A stretch of 64,000 bases of DNA from a virus: positions 32,001-96,000 of the IMG/VR virus record IMGVR_UViG_3300045012_000235; one strand, given 5' to 3'. The notes beneath the pieces are model-generated. The model saw only the letters and a list, made by a program, of their open reading frames with translations, was not told the DNA's origin and did no database searches. A program made the translations under genes and the position numbers. This document shows, piece after piece, positions 47,257 through 57,076 of this stretch (the stretch's first letter is position 1; each line of letters starts with the position of its first letter).

Positions 47257-47469
47257 CAGAATCCGCCTTTCTTTACGCGTTCGGTTTCTTGCTCGGCGAG
47301 CATCCATTCCACGATCTCGATGAGCTCCTGGATCGCTTTCGCCAGCGATTCGTTGCTCGGTGGGTTGTAGAACCCTGTCGCGCCGGGTGTGTCTGCGGGT
47401 ACGGAGCCATCGTCCGTATGAATCCGACCCACGAGCTTTGGTTTGATCACGTCCAGCAAGGACTTGGCT

Positions 47470-47874
47470 TCACGCGGCGTCATGAATTACCACCTTCTTT
47501 GCCACCATTTCTCCGTACCGGAACCACTCCAGGTCGTCGTACATGCGTCCGTGATCGTCGAACCCGTGGACGAATGAATCGAGCTCGTCGCCCGTGAGTC
47601 CGAGCACACGCAGGATCGTCGCACGCGGCGAGGTTTCGTGCGGTTCGGCGACGGCTCCCCTGATGACGAGCAGCGCGCCGAGGGCGCAGCAGCAGTCTCC
47701 TGTGAGTATCCACTTGCGTTTCGGGCCGATGCCGACGCCCCAGCATCCACGCACAATGCGTGCGGAGAACACCATCGACTGAGCGGCATGCAGGATGTCG
47801 GCGACGGCCGGCGGGACGCCGGATGGGACTTCGGTGGAGAAGGAGAGCGGGGTGGAGAAGGAGAGTTGTTTCAT
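47470..47874 (-). CDS. hypothetical protein
   Basis: CCALGALL...F..GFD motif. Confidence 0.55.
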   Translation of the reverse strand: MKQLSFSTPLSFSTEVPSGVPPAVADILHAAQSMVFSARIVRGCWGVGIGPKRKWILTGDCCCALGALLVIRGAVAEPHETSPRATILRVLGLTGDELDSFVHGFDDHGRMYDDLEWFRYGEMVAKKVVIHDAA

Positions 47875-48176
47875 GGTTTGCTCCCGCGCACTTCCATGCA
47901 CTTCTCGTAGGAGATGTTGAACGTGTCGATAAATTTCTCGTCGCTGGGGTTTGGGCTGATGAGTGTGTAGGCCGTCCGCGAGAGCTCGCGGCACTCCTTC
48001 TCGTCTTTGCTCTGCTTGCGCGCCTTCTCGCCGTCCACGGCGCGTTGTTCACATGCTTGGGTCATCTCCGTCTGAAGAAGATCACTGTCGCGATACGCGT
48101 GGATGACCACGACGAGGATGGCTAGGATGATTGGCGAGACAATCGCCCATGACACCAACGCATCATTCGCTCGCAT
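47871..48176 (-). CDS. membrane-anchored hypothetical protein
   Basis: N-terminal TM helix followed by a helical Cys-containing domain. Confidence 0.55.
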   Translation of the reverse strand: MRANDALVSWAIVSPIILAILVVVIHAYRDSDLLQTEMTQACEQRAVDGEKARKQSKDEKECRELSRTAYTLISPNPSDEKFIDTFNISYEKCMEVRGSKP

Positions 48177-48684
48177 GCGCCTTCTCCCCCAGGTACGCGA
48201 ATCGCCGTACCCGTTTGCCTTCCCACTCCACCCAGTCGGCCCACCCGTCCGGGTCGCCGAGCACGGGGTTGAGCGGGCGGAACTTGACCTTGCCCGTCGT
48301 GTGGCTGACGTAGAGCACGTACGGCAGGTGCGTCTCGTGGTGTTCTACGATGCCTAGCGCTGTGTACGAGGGGCCTTTGTAGTGCTGATAGAGACCCGGG
48401 CGAAAGGTCGGTTCCTCGGTTTTGTTTGGTCCACGCCATGTTTCGTCAGTCACGTGCTGCCTCCATTCTTCCCATGTCCGTTGCTCGCCACCCGAACTCC
48501 TCGCGTGACGGCGCCGACCTTTCGCGCGTAGCCGGTTGAGGACGTTACCCGCCGGTCGCGCGAACGCCCACGTGGGTCGTCGGGTCTCCGGCCAGAGGCA
48601 GGACCCGAAGTAGCCAGGCCCCACCAGGCGATTCTTGGTCTGCTCCACGAGCAGCTTCAAGGCGCGGAGCTCGAAGTCGGTCAC
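48163..48684 (-). CDS. DUF1653-domain protein
   Basis: C-terminal PGLYQHYKG..Y....A/V.H.ET....VLY.......RP; start uncertain. Confidence 0.7.
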   Translation of the reverse strand: MTDFELRALKLLVEQTKNRLVGPGYFGSCLWPETRRPTWAFARPAGNVLNRLRAKGRRRHARSSGGEQRTWEEWRQHVTDETWRGPNKTEEPTFRPGLYQHYKGPSYTALGIVEHHETHLPYVLYVSHTTGKVKFRPLNPVLGDPDGWADWVEWEGKRVRRFAYLGEKAHASE

Positions 48685-49244
48685 GACGGCTTCTCGTATT
48701 CGAACGGTTCATCCTCGTCTTGCCAGACGTGGTCGCACCCGATGGGCACATCGGCCGTGAGACGACCGTCGTGTTCCATAAACACGGTGTTGCATGGATC
48801 ACACAGCACGATCCATTTCGCCGAGCCGTGCGTGCCGTCGGGACGCCGGAACGGCAATCCATTTGGGTTCGGAACGAGAAAGATGTGCGCGCTGTAGAGA
48901 TTCGGCTTGTGCACGCAGCCGAGCAGCACGTCGCCAGGCTTGGGGCTCGGTCGATCGCTCACGAGAGGTGCCTGTTCATTGTGGGCACACGGATGCCTTT
49001 GTTTTGGATCGCCAGCAGGGCGGTGCGCATCACAGGGTGGATCTCGTCGTAGGTCATGATCGTGATCTCACGAACTGGTTCAACCGATCGATCGCGCGGT
49101 AAAGCACGCGGTCGATCGCGTACTGCAGTGCGGACCGGATCGGGTTGGCGACGCGCGCCCGCCAGGTCGGCGCATAGGCGTGCTTCCACGGCAGTAGCCG
49201 ACCACACTCCGTGCACCAGATCGGGTCGTTCTCTGTCGAGATCG

Positions 49245-49784
49245 TCACGCGGTCTCCTTGATCTGACACGCCGTGCACCACTTGAATCCGTACACGCCGG
49301 GCGGCACGCAGCTTCCTTCGCCGAAACCACCAGGCAGTTCGACGGTGCACGGTTTGTCCGGCACGCAGCCGCACGCGTTGCAGCGGCGACCGTCCGGCCA
49401 TGCCGAGCTCGGGACTTCGGCCGGCACATCTTTCCAGGTGACGTGCAGGCGGTCCTTCGGCTTGTGCGCCACTGCCCATGCGCAGCGGGCGGCGAGATCG
49501 ACGGCAGCCAAGTGGGCACGCAATCGGTAGAGGTGCACGAGTCGCCCCTCCTTACCGCGCCGGTGTCGGCCGTGCAGCGTCGTGTACTCGAGCTCGCGGG
49601 TGCCGCGTTCGGTGCCAAGAGAGGCAAGCGCGGTGGGCGTAAGCTGTGCGGCAGCCTTCTGCCAGGAGCCCCAGACGGCGACGCAGTCGGCTGGACTGAG
49701 TTGGCCGGCGACGGGCGGGTGCGCCTCGTGAGCCTCGTAGACCATCGCCAGGAGGGCGATCTGGATGGGGGTGAGGTTCAGCAT
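49245..49784 (-). CDS. hypothetical protein with C-terminal Cys cluster
   Basis: CNACGC....PC......C......CTAC. Confidence 0.55.
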   Translation of the reverse strand: MLNLTPIQIALLAMVYEAHEAHPPVAGQLSPADCVAVWGSWQKAAAQLTPTALASLGTERGTRELEYTTLHGRHRRGKEGRLVHLYRLRAHLAAVDLAARCAWAVAHKPKDRLHVTWKDVPAEVPSSAWPDGRRCNACGCVPDKPCTVELPGGFGEGSCVPPGVYGFKWCTACQIKETA

Positions 49785-50315
49785 TCAGGCACGATTCCGA
49801 GAGAGGGACGATGCCGATGCGAGACTGAGGCACCGGTCGCACGGTGTGAAGCCAGCCTCTTGTTTTTCCATGTCCGCGATGGACACCCAGGCACCGCAGC
49901 CGGCCATGAAGCCGCAGAGCGCGCGACCCTCGAAGAGGACGTGCACCGTGGGAGGGTCCGTGGAAGTCAGCCGTCCATGATGCAGTGAACAAACGTGGTA
50001 CGCGGCGATCGGCACACGTCCCGCCTTGCGCGCAGCGACGGGGCATTCGACGTGCCCAACCGGTTCTCCAGCGACGCCGCACTGGGTGCATTCCGCGAGC
50101 TCCGCACCGCATTCGCATCGAACCGACATGGGCCTCTTCAACCACTCCAAGATTGCCTCCAGGCACGAAACGCAGACGTGGTGTTTCACGACGAGGTCCC
50201 CTTCGAGACCGTTGAAGAGGATCGTCTCGGGAGAGCTGCGAACAGGGTCCGTCAGCAGGACTCCGCCTTTCTTGTTCAGCTCGTGGCCGCAACGGCAGCA
50301 CGTGGCGGCGATCAC
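49785..50315 (-). CDS. multi-CxxC zinc-ribbon protein
   Basis: Many Cys/His pairs across 176 aa. Confidence 0.5.
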   Translation of the reverse strand: MIAATCCRCGHELNKKGGVLLTDPVRSSPETILFNGLEGDLVVKHHVCVSCLEAILEWLKRPMSVRCECGAELAECTQCGVAGEPVGHVECPVAARKAGRVPIAAYHVCSLHHGRLTSTDPPTVHVLFEGRALCGFMAGCGAWVSIADMEKQEAGFTPCDRCLSLASASSLSRNRA

Positions 50316-50520
50316 GGCTTCTCCGGCGGCAGCGTGGGCGCGAGCTGCCCTTTGATAAACGCGCGGGCGCGTTCACGTTCCTCGCGGGTGTAAAATCCTC
50401 GTTCGGAGAGCGCGAGATCCATCGCGCATTCGATCTGGTGCGTGCCGGCGTTGCCGCAGACGGGGCACGCGCTGGGCGGGCAGGCCCACTCGGCGAGCAG
50501 GAGAGATTTGTCGGTGTAGG

Positions 50521-50700
50521 TCATCGGCGTTTGCCGTTTGTTTGCAGACCGCGCTCCAGGAGCATCCGCACGACCTCGTTGATGCTCGGTTTGATGCCGT
50601 TGCTTTTGGCAATGCGCTGCTGTTCGGCGAGAATCTTGGCGTGGAGTCGCTTGGAAACTCGCCCGCTTATGACGACGTCTTGTGTTTCCGTTCGTTCCAT
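50521..50700 (-). CDS. ribbon-helix-helix regulator
   Basis: VVISGRVSKRLHAKI......GIKPSINEVVRMLLERGL. Confidence 0.75.
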   Translation of the reverse strand: MERTETQDVVISGRVSKRLHAKILAEQQRIAKSNGIKPSINEVVRMLLERGLQTNGKRR

Positions 50701-50724
50701 CGGTGACAACCGTAGTAAATGTCG

Positions 50725-50753
50725 TTGACGTCTGCAAGAGCTAGTTGTAGGGT
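50725..50753 (+). promoter_or_regulatory. sigma70-type promoter
   Basis: TTGACG-N17-TAGGGT at the strand switch; overlapping minus-strand TTGCAG-N17-TACGGT. Confidence 0.65.
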
Positions 50754-50763
50754 CCTCCGCACG

Positions 50764-51114
50764 ATGAGCGTACGGATCTGGTCCGACATCCTGCGCGAGC
50801 GTTTCCGAGTGGAGCAGCAAGTTCGGGAGGGCGAGCACGCGTTCTCGTGCGCCGACTCGGATATCTCCTACGCGGACAAACTCGCGGTCCTGACCGAGGA
50901 GCTAGGCGAAGTCGCGCGCGAAGTGAACGAGCATACGGACTCGACTCTGCAGTATGCGCGGGATCCTAAACTCCTGCGGATGCCGCTGCATTGTGAGCGG
51001 TACTTCCGGCAGCGATTGCGTGCGGAGCTCGTCCAGGTGGCGCAGGTCGCTGTCGCTTGGATCGAGGCGATTGATACGGTCGAAGAATCGGTGGAGGTGC
51101 TCCGTGCCGGATGA
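50764..51114 (+). CDS. MazG-like NTP pyrophosphohydrolase
   Basis: VLTEELGEVARE ... LRAELVQVA..AVAWIE. Confidence 0.8.
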   Translation: MSVRIWSDILRERFRVEQQVREGEHAFSCADSDISYADKLAVLTEELGEVAREVNEHTDSTLQYARDPKLLRMPLHCERYFRQRLRAELVQVAQVAVAWIEAIDTVEESVEVLRAG

Positions 51115-51443
51115 TTTATCCGTCGGCTGCCCTCGTCATCCTGGCGGCAATCGCGAGTGCCAGGACTTCCGCTGCATGCGGACCTGGGAGCCGTCCGGGG
51201 CAGCGACGCCTGAAGAGCAGCTCCGTTGGTGGGCAATGGGCAACTCCGTGTGCCCGAACACCCGGCACGAGTGCTGCCCGGACTTCTCGTGTTGCAAGCC
51301 GCACCTCGCGTGGCCGCTCAAAAAGAGGGCCGAGTTCGTCGCTGCCGATCAGGGGACGCGCGAGAAGATGCTTCTGGGCTCGCTCAACGTACTGGTCGCG
51401 GAGACCATCGACGGCAACGTCACGCGCGGGGAGCCTACGGACC

Positions 51444-51839
51444 ATGAGTAGCGACGCCATGATGCGCGCTGTCCTGCGGGCGATGGGGAAACTCATCGAG
51501 AGCGAGATCGGACCCGGTGTCGCGTTCGCGCTCTTTGTGGACTGGCGTGACGGGCGGCCGATTTCGTACCTGTCCAACGGCACCCGGATCGACATCGTTG
51601 CGGCTCTTGACGAGTGGTTGGGGAGGATCGGACGGACGCCCGCGGTTGAACGGGATGAGGCTCCAGCGCTCGAAGTGAAGTGCGTCGAACTAGGCAGCTC
51701 GATGGTCGAGGAAGATATCGACGTGGTCCTCTTCCTCTTCACGAACGGAGAAGAAGGAGAGACGGCATGGTTCTCGTCGCTCGCGAACGGACCGGAGGTT
51801 GTCGCATCGTGGGTTGCTACCGAGAGAGGGTTGTCGTGA
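51444..51839 (+). CDS. hypothetical protein with internal tandem duplication
   Basis: FALFV......SYLSN...V.A..EW echoed by VVLFLF.....AWFSS....V..W. Confidence 0.55.
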   Translation: MSSDAMMRAVLRAMGKLIESEIGPGVAFALFVDWRDGRPISYLSNGTRIDIVAALDEWLGRIGRTPAVERDEAPALEVKCVELGSSMVEEDIDVVLFLFTNGEEGETAWFSSLANGPEVVASWVATERGLS

Positions 51840-51862
51840 AGTTCAAGATATGGAGGAGATAA

Positions 51863-52792
51863 ATGCCGAAAGCATCGCGAGACGCCCTGAACGCAAAGGG
51901 CAAGACGGACGTCTACTACTTCGACCCGGCCGACGTCGTCCTGGTCACCAGCAAGGAGTCGGTGCTCTACGACGAGCGGGTGGACAACGACTACAAGGAG
52001 TCGCTCGTCCTCAACATGATGTACGCCCCGGATCCGGACGGTCCGCCGCAGGGCGTGCTCAAGGTGCTGCTCGGCCGGCGCAACCCCGAGACCGGCAAGG
52101 TCGAGATCATCGACGGCCGGCAGCGCACCAAGGCGGCGCGCGAAGCGAACAAGCGGCTGAAGAAGCAGGGGGGCGAGCCGATCCGGCTCCCGGTGCTGCT
52201 CCGGCGAGCGTCCAGCGATCAGCGCGTGATGGCGATGCTCATCAGCTCGAACGAGCACGCCACCGAGGACTCGCCGCTCGCCAAGGCGAGAAAGGCCCAG
52301 CGCTACATCGACCTCGGGCGCGACGAGAAGGAAGTGGCTGCCCTCTTCGGCATCAGCCCGGCGACCGTGAAGAACCTTCTCGCCCTGCTCGAGGCGCCCG
52401 CGGCGGTCCGGAATGCGGTGGAGAGCGGGAAGATTTCGGTCAGCGACGGCTACCGACTCGCGCGGCTCGAACCGGCGGAGGCCAAGGGGAAGGTCGCGGA
52501 GCTCGTCGAGAAGGCCCCACGGGCGGCGGGCAAGAAGCGGAGCCCAAATGCCAAGAAGGCCCGGGAGATCGTTCAGGGAGCCGACAACACCGCTCGGGCA
52601 AGGGCGGTGATAGAGGCGACAGCCAACATTCTCGACCGATCGGAGAAGACCGAGAACTTGGTGGCGTACGCTATCGCCGATTGGATCGAACGCAACTGGA
52701 ACGAGGTGAACTGGGGCGGGGACCCCAAAACCATTCCGGATCGGATTCGAGCAGGCGATTGGCGTGAGAAGGAGAAGGGAGACGCGGCGTGA
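51863..52792 (+). CDS. ParB/Srx-like N-terminal domain plus HTH protein
   Basis: IIDGRQRTKAA, SSNEH, EVAALFGISPATVKNLL.LL; GGAGG RBS. Confidence 0.85.
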   Translation: MPKASRDALNAKGKTDVYYFDPADVVLVTSKESVLYDERVDNDYKESLVLNMMYAPDPDGPPQGVLKVLLGRRNPETGKVEIIDGRQRTKAAREANKRLKKQGGEPIRLPVLLRRASSDQRVMAMLISSNEHATEDSPLAKARKAQRYIDLGRDEKEVAALFGISPATVKNLLALLEAPAAVRNAVESGKISVSDGYRLARLEPAEAKGKVAELVEKAPRAAGKKRSPNAKKAREIVQGADNTARARAVIEATANILDRSEKTENLVAYAIADWIERNWNEVNWGGDPKTIPDRIRAGDWREKEKGDAA

Positions 52793-53031
52793 AGACGAAA
52801 GGGAAGAGGGGATTCGCCTCGATGGATTCGAACAAGCAGCGAGAGATCGCCAGCAAGGGCGGCAAGGCCGCTCACGCGCAGGGACGCGCGCACGAGTTCG
52901 ACTCGTCCAACGCGAAGGAGGCCGGCCGCAAGGGTGGTCTCATCCTGAGCGCGGATCGCGAGCACATGGCCGTGATCGGACGGGCCGGGGGTCGCAAGCG
53001 CGCGGAGAACATGCGGAAGAAGGCGAAGTGA
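52789..53031 (+). CDS. KGG-repeat stress-induced protein (YciG/Con-10-like)
   Basis: GFASMD..KQREIASKGG, AKEAGRKGG, HMAVIGRAGG. Confidence 0.9.
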   Translation: MKTKGKRGFASMDSNKQREIASKGGKAAHAQGRAHEFDSSNAKEAGRKGGLILSADREHMAVIGRAGGRKRAENMRKKAK

Positions 53032-53049
53032 TCGCAATGGGGCACGGCG

Positions 53050-53559
53050 ATGAAGGCTGGGCAGTTTGTTTCGCGAAAATCACTAGAGGAACGTTTTTGG
53101 GAGAAGGTGAACAAAAACGGACCAACGCCGCGACCAGACCTTGGTCCATGCTGGGTATGGACAGCGGCAACCAATCAGCGAGGTTACGGACAGTTCGTCA
53201 TTGCGAAAGGCCACCAAGAGGCCGCATCGCGTGTCGCTCTCTTCCTTGTCGACGGCGTATGGCCGATGTGTGCGCTACATCGCTGCGACAATCCGCCATG
53301 CGTCAAGAACGTGGACGATACGCTTGGGCCATCGCACCTGTTTGGCGGAACGACACTGGACAATTCTAACGACAAGGTTGCGAAGAATCGACAGGCAAAG
53401 GGGGTGAACCACGGGCTAGCCAAACTGACGCCTGAGTTGGCAGAAGCGATCAAACTAGATAGGTCGAACGGCATGGGTCAGGTGGCGCTTTCTATAAAGT
53501 ACGGCGTGAGCCGAACATCAGTCAGAAACGTTCTATCCGGGAAAACGTGGAGATCATGA
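53050..53559 (+). CDS. HNH homing endonuclease with C-terminal HTH
   Basis: RFWEKV..CWVWT...GYG...LHRCDNPPCV....HL..GT..DN..D. Confidence 0.9.
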   Translation: MKAGQFVSRKSLEERFWEKVNKNGPTPRPDLGPCWVWTAATNQRGYGQFVIAKGHQEAASRVALFLVDGVWPMCALHRCDNPPCVKNVDDTLGPSHLFGGTTLDNSNDKVAKNRQAKGVNHGLAKLTPELAEAIKLDRSNGMGQVALSIKYGVSRTSVRNVLSGKTWRS

Positions 53560-54152
53560 ACGATCGACAATTCGTGCTGGCGCACCTCAAGGCGTACTCG
53601 ATGAAAGTCGCAGCCCCCGGCGAGTGGTTCAAGCTCGCGTCTGGCGGCAAGTCGAAGCTTTACGTGGACGCGAAACGAACGGTTCTTAGCCGTCAGATTC
53701 ATCAGCCGCTCGCGGCACTTCTGTACGAGGAGATTCGCGCATTCGGGCACGTGGATGCTGTGGCCGGTGTCGTGCTCGGGGGCTGCCATCTGGCGAGCGT
53801 CGTCGCCACCTACGCCGCCGCGCGCAACGGCGAGCTCTCCTACAACGTCATCTTCGTGAGGAAGACCCCGAAGGATCACGGGACCGGGCACGTGGTCGAG
53901 CAAGCGTGGGCTCGGTACGGGGAGTGGGTCGTTCTCCTGGAGGACGTCCTTTCGACCGGCGCGACCGCAAAGCACGCGGTGGGCGCTCTTCGGGAGGCGG
54001 GGTTCGATGTTCGAGGGATCGTCGCGCTGCTCGATCGGCGCCCGCCGGACGCGCGCACGGATCATCTGGAGGGTGTGACACTTCGATCGGTGTACCGGCT
54101 CGAAGATCTTGAGCTGTCGAAGGACGACCTCGCGCAAGTTCAGGAGAGCTGA
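53556..54152 (+). CDS. pyrE: orotate phosphoribosyltransferase
   Basis: FKLASGGKS.LYVD, FVRK.PK.HG, PRPP motif VVLLEDVLSTGAT, LLDR. Confidence 0.85.
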   Translation: MNDRQFVLAHLKAYSMKVAAPGEWFKLASGGKSKLYVDAKRTVLSRQIHQPLAALLYEEIRAFGHVDAVAGVVLGGCHLASVVATYAAARNGELSYNVIFVRKTPKDHGTGHVVEQAWARYGEWVVLLEDVLSTGATAKHAVGALREAGFDVRGIVALLDRRPPDARTDHLEGVTLRSVYRLEDLELSKDDLAQVQES

Positions 54153-54485
54153 ATGGACGATCACAAATGCGCCGTGTGTGGCAAGGGGATTCCCCGGCGT
54201 CCCTATCAGTCCAAGTCCGTGCGCGCCTGTTCGCCCGGCTGCGCCAAGTTGCTTGCCGTGAGCGAGCACCCCGACATCGAGACACGTTCCTCGCACTGGA
54301 AACACAAACTCACCGATGGAGGCAATCATGAAGAATGAACCGATCCCGTACGCCGTCACCGACTTGCCCGTCCCGTACCGCGTGCGCGTTCTGACCGCGA
54401 GCGCCGAACTGCGTGCGTACGTCGTACCCAGGTCCAGTGTTGCCACCGCTGAGGAGCCGAAGTCGGAGACGCGGCTGAAGGTCGC

Positions 54486-54680
54486 GTGACCGAGGTCACC
54501 AACGCAGAAATCGCTCGCACGATCGCAGAGGCTGCCCGCTGCGACGTGCGGACGGCGCACAAGGCGCTGGAGCATGGGTACATGACGATCCGAAAGACCG
54601 AAGTGCGCGACCGGGTGGCGTTCGCGATTCGCAGACACCAAGGTCTCGTGGCCAAGTACAGCAAGGAGCATTATCCATGA
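54486..54680 (+). CDS. small HTH protein
   Basis: IAEAARCDVRTA...VRDRV; resembles 15519-15686. Confidence 0.55.
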   Translation: MTEVTNAEIARTIAEAARCDVRTAHKALEHGYMTIRKTEVRDRVAFAIRRHQGLVAKYSKEHYP

Positions 54681-54973
54681 GCATCAAGCCAGGGAACCTC
54701 GTCTTCAAGTCTGGGGCCGGCGGGACGCCGAAAGGAGCCTCCATACCCGACGCAGCCGGAGACATCATCTTCATGCACGCCGACAAGGAGTGGATGCGGA
54801 TCAAGGAGAACGGTTCGGTGATTATCCGCGACGCGGTCTTGTTCAATGATGCCGATGCGTACAAGCGTTTCAAGGCATGGCTCCTGGAGGCTACCGTTTG
54901 CTTCGAGGAGAAGACGGAAAATAAGGCGATTGACGCGGTCATCAGCGCGCAGGCGGGAAAGAATTTGTCGTGA
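54677..54973 (+). CDS. hypothetical protein
   Basis: ATGA/GTGA coupling. Confidence 0.55.
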   Translation: MSIKPGNLVFKSGAGGTPKGASIPDAAGDIIFMHADKEWMRIKENGSVIIRDAVLFNDADAYKRFKAWLLEATVCFEEKTENKAIDAVISAQAGKNLS

Positions 54974-56742
54974 AGCTGCGACTTTCTCCCGACGTCACGC
55001 TCCCGACGGATGCCGTCACGCAAACGTTCGCCGTGCTCGGCAAGCGTGGCTCGGGCAAAACGAACACCGCCAGCGTGCTCGCCGAGCAGCTCATCGAGGC
55101 AGGGCTCCCCGTCGTGTACGTGGATCCCATCGGAGTGACGTGGGGGCTCCGGCACTCGCGCGACGGCAAGTCGCCGGGGCTGCCTGTCATCATCCTTGGT
55201 GGTGAGCACGCAGACGTACCGCTCGAGGAGACGGGCGGCGCGGTCATCGCCGACTTTGTGATTGAGCACCGGCAACCGGTGGTGCTCGACCTCGGTCTCT
55301 TCTCGAAGGGCGCGCAGCGGCGGTTCATGGTGGATTTCGCAGAGCGGCTCTACTTGAAGAACCGCGATGCGCTGCACGTCATGCTCGACGAATGCGACAC
55401 TTTTGTGCCCCAGCGCATCGACCACGGTGGAGAGCGACTCGTGGGCGCCATCAACGATCTCGTGAGAAAGGGTCGCGCGCGTGGGCTCGGCGTCACGCTC
55501 ATTAGTCAGCGGCCGGCACTCGTCTCGAAGGATGTTCTCACGCAGGTTGAGACACTCATTGCACATCGGATGACCGGACCGCAGGATCGCGACGCCATCG
55601 AGCGGTGGATCGAGCACAACGCCGATCGAGACGGTACCGATGTGTTGGCATCGCTTCAGACGCTTGGTGACGGGGACGCGTGGGTCTGGAGCCCGAGCTG
55701 GCTCAAGAAGATGGTCCGCACGCACATCAACCTGCGAGAGACGTTCGACTCGTCGGCGACGCCGAAGGCGGGTGCTCGAGTGACCGCGCCAAAGCACGCG
55801 GCCGAGGTGGACCTGGGCGAGCTCCGTGACAAGCTCGCGGCGACCATCGAGAAGGCGAAGGCCGACGATCCGAGGGTGCTACGGGGACGTGTTCAGGAAT
55901 TGGAGAAGCAGTTGAAGCGCGCGTTCGCCGCTAGCGAGGCGCCAGCCTTCTCCAAGACCGTGGAGGTCCCGATACTGTCGAAAGAGCAGGTGAGGCTGCT
56001 AGAAGACCTGCGCGGTGAAGTGGTAGGAATCCGCGCAGGTGCCATCGTCAAGCTCGACGATCGAGTCAGCGAGATGGTTCGGTTCTACGGAGACCTCAAG
56101 ACCGGTATGCTGGAGATGGCCGATCGGGTGGAAAAGCTGGTCGCGAAGCTCAGCGTCGAGGGGCACGTCGTCAACGCCTACGACCTCCGGTGGAGCAAGA
56201 AGAATCGGAAGGATCTCAAACCGCCACCGGCAGTAACTAACGGTGCAGCACATCGCCCGGTTGCCGCCGGGTCCGGCGAGCCGATGTCCGGAGGTCGCCG
56301 CCGCATTCTGCTCGCGCTTGCGCGCCACGGGGCATGCAGCAAGGGCAAGCTCGCCGTCCTGACGCGCTACGCCTCCAATGGCGGAGGGTTCAACAACAAC
56401 CTGAGTGCGCTCCGGACGGCGGGTCATATCGCTGGCAACGACCCGCTCGAGATCACCGACGACGGTTTCCGTGTGCTCGGTCGCTTTGATCCGTTGCCCG
56501 AGGATGCCGACGCTCTTTTCACGGAATGGATGCAGCACCCCGAACTGAATAGGTCGCACCGTGAAATCATGCGGACGCTCAAGGGATCGCTTGCGCCCAT
56601 GACAAAGGAAGAAATCGCCAGGCTCTGCGATCCGCCGTACGAGCCGGGAGGCGGCGGTTTCAACAACGCGCTCTCGCGCCTCCGCACGCTCGGCGTCATC
56701 GAGGGCAAGGGCGACATTCGGCTTGCGGAGCAGCTCCGATGA
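54970..56742 (+). CDS. HerA/DUF87-like P-loop ATPase with coiled coil and tandem C-terminal wHTH-like repeats
   Basis: LGKRGSGKT, VDPIG, MLDECD, GRARG, SQRPA; two GGGFNNxLSxLRT repeats. Confidence 0.85.
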   Translation: MKLRLSPDVTLPTDAVTQTFAVLGKRGSGKTNTASVLAEQLIEAGLPVVYVDPIGVTWGLRHSRDGKSPGLPVIILGGEHADVPLEETGGAVIADFVIEHRQPVVLDLGLFSKGAQRRFMVDFAERLYLKNRDALHVMLDECDTFVPQRIDHGGERLVGAINDLVRKGRARGLGVTLISQRPALVSKDVLTQVETLIAHRMTGPQDRDAIERWIEHNADRDGTDVLASLQTLGDGDAWVWSPSWLKKMVRTHINLRETFDSSATPKAGARVTAPKHAAEVDLGELRDKLAATIEKAKADDPRVLRGRVQELEKQLKRAFAASEAPAFSKTVEVPILSKEQVRLLEDLRGEVVGIRAGAIVKLDDRVSEMVRFYGDLKTGMLEMADRVEKLVAKLSVEGHVVNAYDLRWSKKNRKDLKPPPAVTNGAAHRPVAAGSGEPMSGGRRRILLALARHGACSKGKLAVLTRYASNGGGFNNNLSALRTAGHIAGNDPLEITDDGFRVLGRFDPLPEDADALFTEWMQHPELNRSHREIMRTLKGSLAPMTKEEIARLCDPPYEPGGGGFNNALSRLRTLGVIEGKGDIRLAEQLR

Positions 56743-57076
56743 CAGCGGAGAAGATCTGTTCTCGGTGTGGACGCGCCTGGACTCTGCATCGTGAGGACGA
56801 GGTTGTGGTGTCTTGCCAGCTCGCTCGGCTCCGGGCCGATCTCCTGGCTGCCACCCAGTTTCAGTTCTTCGGAGCTGGAGGTCGTCGCGGAGACTACGTC
56901 CTCGTCTGCTTCAACGACGAAGAGGAGGATCGCCCCTGGGAGATCCAGGTCTTCACGTGCGAGAAGTCGAGCCCGTTCGGGAGCGATTTGAAGACTTTCA
57001 GGACTCAGAGCGAGGCGACCAACGAAGCGTTGCTGTTGGCCGCGAGGCTGACGAAGCCTCGCGACGGGGGCCGGCG

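Noticed and set aside
48163-48684. Novel wHTH-DUF1653 fusion
   Set aside because: An internal GTG near 48453 could start DUF1653 separately; the fusion cannot be supported from the sequence alone.
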